From assembly GCF_004010195.1 (NCBI RefSeq), contig NC_057759.1, positions 5,673,725 to 5,737,724 of the forward strand: a stretch of DNA of 64,000 bases, in the 5' to 3' direction. Position numbers and translations under genes: made by a program. Shown here in pieces: positions 37,472-50,064 of the stretch. Every line of letters starts with the position of its first letter. The first letter of the stretch is position 1. The DNA comes from Chiloscyllium plagiosum. Lineage: Eukaryota. Under the pieces are notes generated by a model. The model did not search any database. It saw only the letters and a program-made list of their open reading frames with translations, and had not been told where the DNA came from.

Positions 37472-38295
37472 GAGAAAGTGAGGTCTGCAGATGCTGGAGA
37501 TCAAAGTTGAAACTTTATTGCTGGAACAGCACAGCAGGTCAGGCAGCATCCAGGGAACAGGAGATTCGACGTTTCGGGCACAGGCCCTTCTTCAGGAATG
37601 AGCAGAGAGTGTTCAGCAGGAGAAGATAAAAGGTAGGGAGGAGGGACTTGGAGGAGGGGAGTTGGAAATGTGATAGGTGGAAAGAGGTCAAGGTGAGGGT
37701 GATAGGTCGGAGTAGGACGGAGGCGGAGAGGTCAAGAAGAAGACTACAGGTCAGGAAGGCTTGGTTGGGTTGGTTCGTCCGGGTGGCCCAGAGGTGCTCT
37801 CTGAATCGCTCCGCAAGTAGGCGGCCTGTCTCGCCAATATAGAGGAGGCCACACCGGCTGCATCGGATGCAGTAGATGATGTGGGTGGAGGTGCAGGTGA
37901 ATGTGTGGCGGATATGGAAGTTTCCTTTGGGGCCTTGGAGGGAAGTGAGGGGGGAGGTGTGGGCGCAAGTGTTGCACCTCCTGCGGTTGCAAGGGAAGGT
38001 GCCCACCTTGTCTCAGCCGGATCCTTCCCGCCCGGCACCGCCTTCCTGTCCTGCAGTCTTCTTCTTGTCCTCTCCGCCTCCACCCTACTCCGACCTATCA
38101 CCCTCACCTTGACCTCTTTCCACCTATCACATTTCCAACTCCCCTCCTCCAAGTCCCTCCTCCCTACCTTTTATCTTCTCCTGCTGAACACTCTCTGCTC
38201 ATTCCTGAAGAAGGGCCTGTGCCCGAAACGTCGAATCTCCTGTTCCCTGGATGCTGCCTGACCTGCTGTGCTGTTCCAGCAATAAAGTTTCAACC
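37472..38295. mobile_element. Young Penelope-like insertion with inverted pLTRs, nested in ERV-B env
   Basis: 15-bp TSD TTGGTTATATTTGTG (37457-37471, 38296-38310); GIY-YIG remnant IIYCIRCSRCGLLYIGETGR; ~37503-37759 inverted at ~38040-38294. Confidence 0.93.
38201..38236 (+). ncRNA. Minimal type I hammerhead ribozyme in Penelope pLTR
   Basis: ATTC-CTGAAGA-A-GGGC CTGT GCCC-GAAAC-GTC-GAAT: core CUGANGA/GAAA, stem II, stem I ATTC/GAAT, palindromic ACGT stem III; identical copies on minus strand at 37564-37599 and 12519-12554. Confidence 0.8.
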
Positions 38296-38371
38296 TTGGT
38301 TATATTTGTGCACATGTACTTGGATTGGGCTTTCATCAGATGCCTGTATCAGTACTAACACTAGAACTGTG

Positions 38372-40175
38372 AGGGGGCTACAAGCTTGCAATGTCCTTTG
38401 TAGACCCATGTTGAGCATCCTTCTAGCTTTACTGCAGTTTCAGTTGTCAGAAGAACTTGATAAGGACTTTTCCAGGGGGTCCCAATTTTCCACAATTAAA
38501 GTCTTTCAACAGTATGTAGTCACCAGGGTTAATGTCTTTAAATATTGGAACTCTTTCTTCTTCCTTCCCTGGTATTCGATAAGCTTATTTGACCTGTTGA
38601 TGATAAGACTGCAGTGCTTTGGTTAGCTTAATCAGGTACCTGTGCACCTCTGCCACGAAATGCACATCAACGATGTGTTGGGCAGTTAATGTTGCAGACC
38701 AGAGAGTCCTCAGGGGCTTCCATATATTAGTTCAGCCGCCGAGAATCCTGTCTTTGTCTGTGTCATGGGCCTCATATTAAAAAGGGCGATTGGAAGTACT
38801 TGCAGCCAATTAAGGCCTGCTTCTTCTACCAATTTGCTTAGCTGACCTTTTAGGGTACCATTGGCTCTTTCTACAATTGCTGCTGCTTGGGGATGGTTGG
38901 CACAATGGAATTTTTGATTCATATTCAAGCTCTTACATATTTCCTTGTTTAGCTCCACACAGAAGTGGGGGCCATTATCAGAAGAGACCGTTACTGGTAT
39001 TCCAAATCTGGGTATGATTTCCCTTAACAGAATTTTACAAGTAGTTGTTGCTGTGCAGTCAGTACAAGGATAAGCTTCAATCCATTACTGAATACATCGA
39101 TTATCACTAAGCTATACTTATAACCACGTCTTCTAGGTAACTATAAAATCTAACTGGATAGTATCAAAAGGTGCACTTGGCAAGGGAGTTTCACCTGGTG
39201 GGCACTTTATTCCTTTCCCGGAATTATACTTTTGACGAATTAGGCAATTTGCAGCTACTTGTTTTGCTTTTTCTTGCAGGTGGGAATTCCACCAAGTTTG
39301 GAGAATTCTGTCCACCATTCCCTCCATACCTACATGCATATACGTATGAACATAATCAACTAGAATAGGCAAAAGCAAGTCAGGTAGACGTGTCTGTCTT
39401 ACCGGCGTAACCCAAAGCTTATTATAACTACATACATAACAACCATGGTTCATCTATCTTTGTCTTTCCTCATCAGAGGCATCCCCCAATGGGACCGTAT
39501 TTGCTCTCGGTCAGGCATGGTCGTGGTATCAGAAGAGGAAATAGGAGAGTCTCTCTTTGGTTTCCTGTTTGTCATTTGAGTGACCATGTCGTTTTGCTCA
39601 AGAGCTGCTTTCTTAGCAGCTGCGTCAGCAGAATTGTTGTTTTCAATGACATCGGAAGTATCAGAGGAGTGAGCAGAACATTTGATAATTGCCAATTGAG
39701 GGGGAAATTGAATAGCAATGAGGAGATTAGCATCACAGGCAGCATTGAGGGTAGGGATTCCTGATGAGCTAAGGAAGCCGCGCTGCTGCCAAAGTTGAAC
39801 AAAATTATGGGCTCATCTAAAGGCGTAATGGGAATCAGTATAGCTATTAGCTGACTTTCTTTTAGCAAGTATACAGGCACAGGTGAGAGTAAGGAGTTCA
39901 ACTTGCTGGATGGAACAGGGTGGGTCAACAGAATAAGCTTCTAGTGTCTGGGAAAAAGTGACAATCGCGTATCCTGACATACATTTGCCCTCTGGAGAGA
40001 TAGAAGAAGAACCATCGACATAAAGTGTAAGGTCTGGGTTAACTAGAGCCTGATCGGTAAGATCAGGACATGGTTTACTAACAAGTTAATTTATGAGAAC
40101 ACAACCATGGGGAGGATCAGGCAGTTCAAGATGTTCTTCCTGTAGGAATGTAACGGGGTTAATGTGAGAGCAGTA
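38372..40175 (-). pseudogene. pol: ERV-B pol 3' part (tether, RNase H, integrase); RT and most gag deleted
   Basis: YCSHINPVTFL, LYVDGSSS, AIIKCSAH, HTYMHVG...ANCLI, TIQLDFI, SSDNGPHF, HPQAAAIVERANGTLK, PYQVLLTTETAVK. Confidence 0.92.
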
Positions 40176-40810
40176 TTTAAGGAGAGAAGTGGATTCTGAA
40201 TGCAGTACGTTTAGAGGTAAATTGTTTCTCATAATTAGGATACAGACTTACTATTTCCGTTAGGGGACATTTGTCTTTCATCTTATCTAGAGTTACACCC
40301 ATATTTATCCTACCTACTTTAAATCTTTGCAAAACTACTGATGTACAGGGACACCAACCCCAATCACGACAGAGCACAGATACAAAACACAAACGTTCAC
40401 TCACCAACAAATAAATGTGTATCTAAACTGAATCTCAAAGGGTTAAATTTTCTGCAAGCTGCAGAGAGTTAGCACTAAGTCTCTGTGTGCCTTTCTTGCT
40501 TTCTCTCTCGCGTGCGCATACAAGCGCACACACACAAATATTTTAGAAGATACAACCCAACAACGAACAATAAAATCTAATTATTTCTGCAAAGCATTCT
40601 CGACATTCTAAAACTTGACAGTTTCTGTTTTTAGTACTTATTTAGAGTTCCATCAGGGTACTATGAGAGTGAAACGGGGGAATTCACACATGATGATACA
40701 GACCTAGAGCAACCGAGGTATAATCTTACCTTGTGGGCCCCTTGGTCTCTGATCTAACCCTTAGGTGAAGCTCGTCTTTTCCAGTTTCACTCAAATGTAG
40801 CCCTTGTTGG

Positions 40811-40829
40811 AACCCTGCTCGCAGCGTCA
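40811..40829 (-). promoter_or_regulatory. ERV-B primer binding site, tRNA-Ser
   Basis: Plus strand AACCCTGCTCGCAGCGTCA resembles the 3' end of vertebrate tRNA-Ser(UGA/CGA) (...AACCCUGCUCGCUGCG-CCA), adjacent to the 5' LTR. Confidence 0.7.
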
Positions 40830-40832
40830 AAT

Positions 40833-43800
40833 TGTTAACATACAGATTTGAGACAGCCCAGGGAATCCCTTGTGGACTCAGACCTGTAAAGCCTCTCCCT
40901 TGGCTCATCCCGGAGATTGTCCTCTTTGGAAGTCTGGAATAAAAACCTCTTACACAGTTTAGTTTAATTTTAATCAGCCCCTTTATTCACTAATAGCATC
41001 ACTTACAACATAACACTGATACCTATGAACTAAACTAAACTAACTAGGTTTAACTAGGAGAGTAGAGTACCAGCTGGCTACTCCGATGTACTGTTGCAAA
41101 GTGGCTTCCTTGATACAAAAATTTACAAAAACATTGCATGTTCTTAATTAGATAGATAAGTCATAGTCGTAGAGTCATAGAGATGTACAGCATAGAAACA
41201 GACCCTTCAGTCCAACCTGTCCGTGCCAACCAGATATCCCAACCCAATCTAGTCCCATCTGCCAGCACCCGGCCCATATCCCTCCAAACCCTTCCTATTC
41301 ATATACCCATCCAAACGCCTCCCTCAGCCTCCGACACTCCAGGGAACACAGCCTCAACCTGTTCAGCCTCTCCCTGTAGCTCAGATCCTCCAACCCTGGC
41401 AACATCCTTGTAAATCTTTTCTGAACCCTTTCAAGTTTCACAACATCTTTCCAGTGAAAGACAATAATTCGTAAGGAAAAAAAGTTAACTGACGGATCTG
41501 TGTGCACTTGACTGATCGCTCCTATAGGACTTGAGCTATCCATCAAGTAGGAAAAACATACCCAGCTGAGTGAAGCATCTGCTCACGAGATAAGTTCCCA
41601 TAAAGAAGTACCAGTCTAAATTAAGTGGGAGATGTCATAAGGTAACCTTGCACAGCTCACATGTCTGATATGATTTTTTTATTTCAAAAATGTACTTCAT
41701 TCATAAAACACTTTGATCTATACAACTGGACATGCCATACATATGTAAACATTCCATTTGTTTGCATACCGAAACAGAGTAATCATTCCTATTTACAGGT
41801 CTATGCAATTACATTTTTAACTGAGGCGTCAGCAGAGCCCAAATGACTGCGTGGGCCCCCTGTTCTTCTTTAGGCAGGCAGATGTTACACGGTGGTCTTT
41901 CCCCACCGCGCCTTGGCAGCAGCTGCCCCAAGCTCCAGCGCGTCCCTCAACACGTAGTCCTGGACCTTGGAATGTGCCAGTCTGCAACACTCACTTGGGG
42001 TCAACTCCTTCAGCTGGAAGATCAACAGGTTTCAGACCACCCAGAGAGCGTCCTTCACCGAGTTGATGATCCTCCAGGCGCAGTTGATGTTCGTCTCAGT
42101 GTGCGCCCTGGGGAACAGGCCATAGGGCACGGAGTCCCACGTCATAGCGCTGCTCGGGATGAACCTCGACAAACGCCACTGCATTCCTCTCCAGACTTCC
42201 TCTGCATAGGCACATTACAGAAGAAGGTGTGTGACAGTCTTGTTCCCACGGCAGCCGCTTCGAGGGCAGCGTGCGGTGCGGCAGAGAGTCTGGGCGTGCA
42301 TGAAGGATCTCACAGGCAGAGCCCTTCTCACCACCAGCCAAGCCATGTTTTGGTGCTTGTGGAAAGTTCTGGTGATGAGGAATTCTGCCAAATGGCTTTG
42401 ACAGTCTGCTCAGGGAACTGCTCGACAGGATCCACCCTTTCCTTTTCCCGAAGGCTCTCAAAGACACTATGTGCTGACCACTTCCTGATGGACTTGTGGT
42501 CAAAGGTGTTTTTCTACATAAATTTCTCCATGAAGACAGGTGGTACGGAATGGTCCAGCTACTCGGAGCATTCCGCAGCAGCAAGGCCAGGCCCATCCTT
42601 CGCAACACCAGGGACAGGTAGAACCTCAGTACGTAGTGACACTTGATGTTTGCGTACCGGGGATCCACGCACAGCTTGATGCAGCCACACACAAAGGTGG
42701 CCATCAGGGTGAGGGTAGCATTGGGCGTGTTTTTTCCCTCATTGCACAGGTCTTTGTACATTGTGTCTCTTCGGACCCGGTCCATCTTTGCTCTCCACAT
42801 GAAGTGGAAGATGGCCCGGGTGACTGCGGCGGCACAGGTTCTGGGGATAGGCCAGACCTGTGCCACGTATACCAACACTGAGAGTACCTCACACCTGATG
42901 ACCACGTTTTTTCTGGCGATGGAGAGCGACTGTTGCTCCCATCTGCCTAGTTTCTGTCTCATCTTCCTGATCCGTTCCTCCCAGGTCTTGGCGCACGCCC
43001 CAGCCCCCCCGAACCAAATACCCAACACGTTCAGGTGGTCGGTCCTGACCGTGAAGGGGATAGAGGATTGGTCGGCCCAGTTCCAGAAGAGCATGGCCTC
43101 GCTCTTGCCTCGGTTTATCTTGGCCCCCGAGGCCTGCTCGAACTGGTCACAGATGCACGTGAGTCTGTACATGGACAGCGGATCCAAGCAGAAAACAGCG
43201 ATGTCATCCATGTATAGGGAGGCCTTAACCTGCAGGCCCCCACTGCCAGGAATAGTCACCCCTCTCAGTCTCTCATCCTTCCTGATGGATTCGGCAAATG
43301 GCTCGATGCAACACACAAACAAGGCAGGAGAGAGAGGGCAGCCCTGCCTGACTCCAGATCTTACAGGAAAGCTATCTGATTCCTACCCATTGATTGAGAC
43401 TGCACTGACAATGTTGGTGTAGAGCAGTCTGATCCAATTACCGATTCCCTCCCCAAAGCCCATTTTGGAGACGACATCCTTCATATATCCTGTCAAAAGC
43501 TTTCTCCTGGTCCAGGCTGATGAGGCAGGTGTCCACCCCCCTGTCCTGCACGTAGGCAATCGTATCTCTGAGGAGTATGAGACTCTCGGCGATCTTCCTA
43601 CCCGGTACAGCACAGGTTTGGTCAGGGTGGATCACCGATCCGAGAGCAGACCTGACCCGGTTGGCTATGACCTTTGACAAGATTTTGTAGGCTGTGTTTA
43701 ACAGTGAGATTGGTCTCCAATTTCTAATTTACTCCCTCTCCCCCTTCTGCTTGTAGATGAGGGTGATGATGCCTTTCCTCATGGATTCACTCATGGTACC

Positions 43801-46072
43801 TGCCTGAAGCATACTGATATACATCTCCAGCAGGTCCTGGCCAATCAAGTCCCAAAGAGCGGAATAGATCTCGACCGGTAAGCCGTCGCTTCCGGGAGTT
43901 TTGTTCTTTTCGAAGGACTCGAGGGCCTTGGTCAACTCATCCAGAGATAGCGGCTGGTCCAGCCTCTCTCGTGTTCCATCGTCTAGGACCTCCGTCATAG
44001 AGGACAGGAACGACTGGGAGGCTATGCTGTTGGTTGGCTTCGAGTCATACAGACTGGCATAGAAGGATTTGCTGATCCTCATTATGTCAGCCTGAGATGA
44101 TGTTACCGAGCCATCATCTTCCTTCAGGCTGCTGAGCACAGAGCTCTTTGTGCACCTTCTGGAAGAAGAAACGTGAGCATGTCTCGTCCTGCTCCAGGGA
44201 GCGGACTCTGGACCGGAAGATTATCTTGGAAGCCTCCGAGGCAAAGAGCGAGGCTTGCTGGCCCTTCACCTCCTGGAGGTCCTCCGTGACATCGACCCCC
44301 AACATCTGCAGCAGGAGCAGGTTCTGCATACTTTCCTGGAGCTGGGACAGTTTTCCCCGCCTCTCTCTCGCCTCCTGAACACCTTTGAGGATGAAGAACC
44401 TCTTGATGTTCCCTTTTTACTGTTTCCCACCAGTCCGCTGGAGTCTCGGGGGCTTCGTGGTTCTCCAATCTGCGTAATCACGCTTGAGCTCCTCGATGTT
44501 TCCTGGGGTCAACAGCTTAGTGTTCAGTTTCCACATTCCCTTACATCCCACTGCTCATCCTGTAGGTGACAGTCGGCCAGCAAGAGGCAGTGGTCAGAGA
44601 AGAACACCGGTTTGACGTCGGTGGTTCTGACCGAGAACGTTCGGGACACAAACAAGTAATCTGAGCGGATAGACCCATCTGCCCGTGACCAGGTGTATCT
44701 ACGCTGCGCTCCGTCTGCAGGGGTGCAGAAGACGTCGTGCAGCTTGGCATCTTTGACCGTTTCCGTCAGGGCTCTGGACATGGCGTCCAGTTTACTGTCC
44801 CCCCTGCCGGATCGTCCAAATGCATCAATGTTACAGTTGAAGTCTCCGGCCAGAATGACCAGCCTGGACGGAGCCAGCAACCGTGGAAGCTATTGCAGGA
44901 CTGCCAACCGTTCACTCTTATCGGCTGGGGCGTACACATTGATTAGTCTCATGGGAGCGTTTCGGTATGTAACATCCACGATGAGGAGGTGCCCGCCCAC
45001 CACCAACATAACCTCTGAGATGGTGAAGTTACCTCCTCGCAACAGAATACCCAGGCCTGAGGAGCGGTTATCGTTGCCCCCCAACCAAACTGACAGCCCG
45101 TGGGCCCACAAGCTCTACCATCTCCTGTAACTGCTGAGGTGTAGTTTTATGAAATGGTTTCTTAGCAAGGAGGGGAAACTTTTGACCATAACATGGCTTC
45201 CGGACAGATTGTATCAGAATCACTTCAATGTTAGGTTTAGAATAATTTTAAGCTGGGAGCAGATTCCTGCTTTTTATCATAAGCACAGAATCATTCTGTA
45301 CCTGAGGCTGAAATTTTACTGCATGGTTGTATTTAAAATGATTAATTAGTCTCAAATTAAACATGCCTTCTTTTCAAGTTTGTGATTCAAATTCAAATGA
45401 GTTATAAGATCTGACTAATTAGAACTGACAGTCTGTAAGGTCTGTAGAGTGATCTGCAAGAACAGCAAATAAGTTAAAGCTTCATTATTACCTGGTAATG
45501 GTACTCAATATCATCATAAAATCCCAAAATTCAGTTAAATTCAATGCATAGCAGATAAGCACTGAGTTAATTTTCTACAGGCTCCAATACCCTCAGCGCT
45601 AAAATGGTCTCTTCCCCCTAGTGTCCTTTTGAAACCTGATGTCAGCAAAGATTTTTTTTCTCTGTCTGCCCCGTTTGGAAGGGTTAGTAAGAATCCATTA
45701 TAATTGGCAGTATCTAATCATTAATTACAAAGCTTTTGATAGTACCGAGTTTCGTTTCAGGGTCAGAATCAAAACACTGTCATTAATTTCTTAAGGGAAT
45801 GGCTGTGAATGTGATCACTTGGTGTCCTGTTCACACGGATTCACCGATGCTACGGCAAATGTTTTTAATTGCCTTACAGCATCCTGTTATCACTTGGTAA
45901 GACCAGAGGTCCCTATCTGCTGCATTCCTTGAGATTCTTTCCCCCACCCCCCTCCACCTTTTCTGAGCCTTCCTGCCTGTCTATTTTCTAGTGCAGTGAA
46001 CGTGTTCTATAATTCAACATTACATTTTAGTTGAAATGTTTAAAAACCAGTTGAAGGCTATAGATTTTCTCA
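40833..46072 (-). repeat. ERV-B 5' LTR, interrupted by a CR1 fragment (~41161-41453) and a Tx1 LINE
   Basis: 40833-41160, 41454-41674 and 45144-46072 are colinear with 34555-36078. Confidence 0.9.
41675..45143 (-). mobile_element. 5'-truncated Tx1-clade LINE ORF2 (APE endonuclease, RT, C-terminal zinc knuckle), frameshifted
   Basis: LINVYAP, ILAGDFNC, FSDH; LDQEKAFDR, GVRQGCPLSP, LYMDD; A-rich 3' end at ~41675. Confidence 0.9.
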
Positions 46073-46204
46073 GTTAAGGTTCGGTGAAGGAGGAGGCCCA
46101 GGACCAACATGTCCTTGCTGGGGAGTTAGTGTTCAGCCACATGACAATGGGGTTGCTGGGTGGGGGTATCCCAGAGATATTCTCTGAAATGATCTGCAAT
46201 TTGC

Positions 46205-48790
46205 TGACCTGGCTAGCCAGTCTACCGTGAGGAACCTTATTGAACCCCTTACTGAAGTCCATATAAATCACGTCCACCGCTCTTCCCTCATCAATCCTCC
46301 TTGTTAATTCTTCAAAAAAACTCAATCAAATTCGTGAGACATGATTTCCCATGCATAAAGAGATGCTGACTATCTGGAATCAGTCATTGCCTTTCCAAAT
46401 ACATACAAATCCTATCCCTTGGGATTCCCTCTAACCTACCTATCATAGTCAGGCTCACTGATCTATAGTTCCCTTGGCTTTTCCTTACCACATTTCTTAG
46501 TGGTGCCACGGTAGCTAACCTCCAGTCTTTCAACACCTCGCCTGTGCCTATCAATGATAGAAATATCTCAGCAAGGGGCCCAGCAATCACTTCGCTTGCT
46601 TCCCACAGAGTTCTGAGGTACACTGATCAGGTCCTGGTGATTTATCTACTTCTGTGCGTTTGAAGACATCCAGCAGCACCACCTCTCTAATATGGACATT
46701 TTTCAAGATTTCACCATCTATTTCCCTACATTTTAGAACTTCCATGCCCTTCTCCAAAGTAAGCACTGATGCAAAATACTCGTTTAGTATCTCCCCCATC
46801 TCCTGCAGTTCCATACGTAGACTGCCTTGCTATTCTTTTGAAGGGCTCTATTCTCTCCCCAGTTACCCTTTTGTCCTTTAATGTATTTATAAAAACCCTT
46901 CAGATCCTCCTTAACCCTATTTACCAAAGAAATGTCCTGTTCCCTTTTTGCCTTCCTGATTTCCCTCTTAAGTATAGACTCCTACTACCTTTATACTAGA
47001 GAGATTCACTCAATCTCTTCTGTCTATCCCTGTCGTATGCTTCTGTCTTTTTTTTTAAACCAAAACCTCAATTTTTCTAGTCACCCTGCATTCCTTTTAC
47101 CTACCAGCCTTTACTTTCACCCGAACAGAATGTACTGTCTCTGGATTCTCATTATCTAATTTTTGAAGGCTTCACATTTTCCAGCCATTGCTTTACCTGT
47201 GAACGTCAGCTTTTAAAAGTTCTAGCCTAATATCGTCAAAATTAGCCTTCCTCCAATTTGAACTTCAACTTTTAGATCCAAGAGTTTGGTGCTGGAAAAG
47301 CATGGCAGGTCAGGCGGCATCCGAGAACCAGGAAAATCAACATTTCCGGCAAAAGCCCTTCATCGATTTTCCTGCTCCTCGGATGCTGCCTGATAAGCTG
47401 TGCTTTTCCAGCACCAAGCTCTCTGCTCTAATCTCCAGCATCTGCAGTACTCAAATCCTTAACACTATGGCAGTCCCAGTCTATGTTTGGAAAGTTACAA
47501 TTCCCTACCAAAACCACCCTATTATTCTCACAGATAACTGAAAGCTCCTTACAAATTTGTTACTCAATTTCTGGCTGACTATTTGGTGGTCTATAATACA
47601 ATCCCAATAAGGTGATTATCCCTTTTTTATTTCCCAGTTCCACCCAAATAACTTCCCTGGTTGTATTCCCAGGAATATCCTCCCTAAGTGCAGCAGTAAT
47701 ACCATCCCATATCAAAAACATGACTCCCAATCCCCTCTCGCCCTCTTTTCTATTCTTGCTATCGCATTTATATCCTGGTGGATAAGATGCCAGTCCTGTC
47801 CATCCCTGAGCCACATTTCTGTAATTGCTATGATATCCCAGTACCATGTCTGTAACCATGACCTGAGGACATCTGCCTTCCTTGTTAGGCCTCTTGCGTT
47901 GAGGTAAATGCAGTTTAATTTATCAGTCTGACCTTGTTCTCTGCTTTGTTCCTTCCTGTCCTGATTGTTTCACTTGTACCATTTCCCAACTGTACCAGTC
48001 TCAGATTGATCTCTCTCTTCACTATTTCCCACATTATTTAGTTTAAACCCTCCTGAGAAGCTCTAGCAAATCTCCCTGCCAGAATATTAGTCCCCTTTCA
48101 ATTCAGGTGCAACCCATCCTTCCGGTACAAGTTACTTCCACCCCAGAAGATTTCCAAAGATCCCTTCTCCCATGCACCAGTTCCTCAGCCCATATTCATC
48201 TGCTCTATCTCCTATTCCTATCCTCACTGGCTCATAGCACTGGGAGTAATCCAGATATGACCTACCTTCAAGGTCCACCTTTTTAAATTCCTGCCTAACT
48301 TGCCATATTTTCCCTTCAGAATCTCATCCTTTTCCCTTCCTCTGCCATTGGTTCCAATGTATACAATGACGTCCTGCTGGTCCCTCTCCCCTTTTAGAAC
48401 ATTCTGCACCATCTCTGAGACATCCTTGATCCTGGTACCAGGGAGTTAACACACCATTGTTATGTTTTGCTGCTGACCACGGAAACTTGTTTGTGCCTCT
48501 GACTGGAGAGTCCCCATCACAATCGATCGTTTGGATCCCAACATAAACTCTCATTGCATTAGAACCTGCCTAGATACCAGTAATGTGGCTGTTTGTGCTA
48601 CATTCCACTGACAGTCCATCACCCCCTACATTTTCCAAACAGCATACTTGTTTGAAATGGGGATAACCACAGAGGATTCCTGCACTACCTTTCTATCCCT
48701 CCTACCTTTTACTGGAGTTAACCCATCTACCTGACTGGTATTTGCATTTTTTCTCCCTTCTAATAACTGTCATCCGTCACACCCCCTACT
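46205..48790 (-). mobile_element. Long CR1 LINE remnant (ORF1 esterase region, ORF2 endonuclease to RT start)
   Basis: QQDVIVYIGTNGRG (SGNH-like ORF1), IWVELGNKKGIITLLGLYYRPP, KSPGPD, VIYMDFSKGFNKVPHG. Confidence 0.85.
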
Positions 48791-50064
48791 CTGTGTTTGG
48801 AAAGTTAAAATCCCTAACCATAACCACCTATTATTCTTACAAATAACTGAAATCTCCTTACAAATTTGTTTCTCTATTTCCGATTGACTATTCAGTGATC
48901 TATAATACAATCACAATAAGATGATTATCTCTTTCTTATTTCTCAGTTGCACTCAAATAACTTCCCTGGATGCATTCCTCATTGTAATATTCCTCTTGTA
49001 AATTCTTCATTCCTCCAGCTGATCCAAGTGATCCAAAAGGATTCACAACCAAACACATTTACTGCAGACGTAATCAACAGTAACAATGAAACTCTCCCTA
49101 AACTCCATATCCGACAGAAAGAGCATATTACTCTATGAAAGGCCATATTTCCTCCTTCACAATCTACAGAACCAGACAATAGCACCATTATTTTGCTGTA
49201 AAAACTAGTGCTCCAGGCTAACTTAGTACTTATGATTTACATTTTTTACATTTAATCAAGAGACAGATTTCAATAAAACATAATCAAGAAAGAACCCACT
49301 CTATACACTACTGCAGACATACAGCAAGGTTACACATTAAAAACTATGCACTTATCTGTTCCTGTGCAGCAATCTCTCCCACATAGGTTCCTCCAAAGAT
49401 AGCTATGAATTTTGCTGTTTGTTATTTTTTTCTAGACTCACTCTGATGTCCAGTAACTGCAGATTCACTGCTGTATCAGTTAGCAGTGTAGGTTTCTTTC
49501 TCTCTCCCTTGTTTTGGGCTCCTATACCCTGGGATAAAGATCTTGGCTATTCACCCTATCCCTGCCCCTTATACACTTCTGTAAGGTCACCCCTCAGCCT
49601 CCAATGCTCCAGGGAAAACAGCCCCAGCCTATTCAGTCTATCCCTAAAGCTCAAACCCTCCAGATCTGGGAATAGCCTCATCCATCTTTTCCAATCCCTT
49701 TCAAACATTTCATAACGTCTTTCCTATAGCAGGGAGTCCAGAACTGAATGCAGTATTCCAAAAGTGGCCTTACCAATGTCCTGCACAGTTGCAACATGAC
49801 TTCCCAACTCCTATACTCTGTGCTCTGACCAATAAAGGAAAGCATATCAAACACCTTCACTATCCTATCTATCGGTCTCTGCACTTGCAAGAAACTATAA
49901 ATCTGCACTCCAAGATCTCTTTGCAACAGCTCGCGTTTATTTAAATTATCCATCTGCCAAGCCTCAGACCATCAGTACATTCAATCAATTCTAGTTTATA
50001 TCATATTTTCTTTCCTCTCTCATTTGGATAGAAGTATACAAATATCTCGGCAGATGGGCTGGGA

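Larger units (their letters stand above)
36155..38418 (-). pseudogene. env: ERV-B env with EGF-like and ZP-N-like modules in SU (disrupted)
   Basis: ATG at 38418 overlapping the integrase end; hydrophobic LTVLVLVLIQA; CTNTIGSYECSC; CIIC (36893-36904); SRGKTK furin-like site; LQSRRVLDFLL; CSVIGPQCC (36526-36552); TM VLIILGLILGIYIAVCLC. Confidence 0.88.
34555..46072 (-). mobile_element. Endogenous retrovirus ERV-B (class I, epsilon-like by inference), defective provirus with long LTRs
   Basis: Paired LTRs, TSD GTTA (34551-34554 / 46073-46076), tRNA-Ser PBS, PPT, RNase H/integrase/env remnants; splits an older Penelope fragment. Confidence 0.92.

Noticed and set aside
37262..37549. EGF motif as a stand-alone host exon or a Penelope-encoded protein
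   Set aside because: The ORF's first 26 residues are Penelope sequence; after excision the EGF motif is in frame with the viral signal peptide and no splice sites are needed.
41843..43422. Plus-strand ORFs of 267 and 259 aa
   Set aside because: Antisense frames of the Tx1 LINE ORF2.
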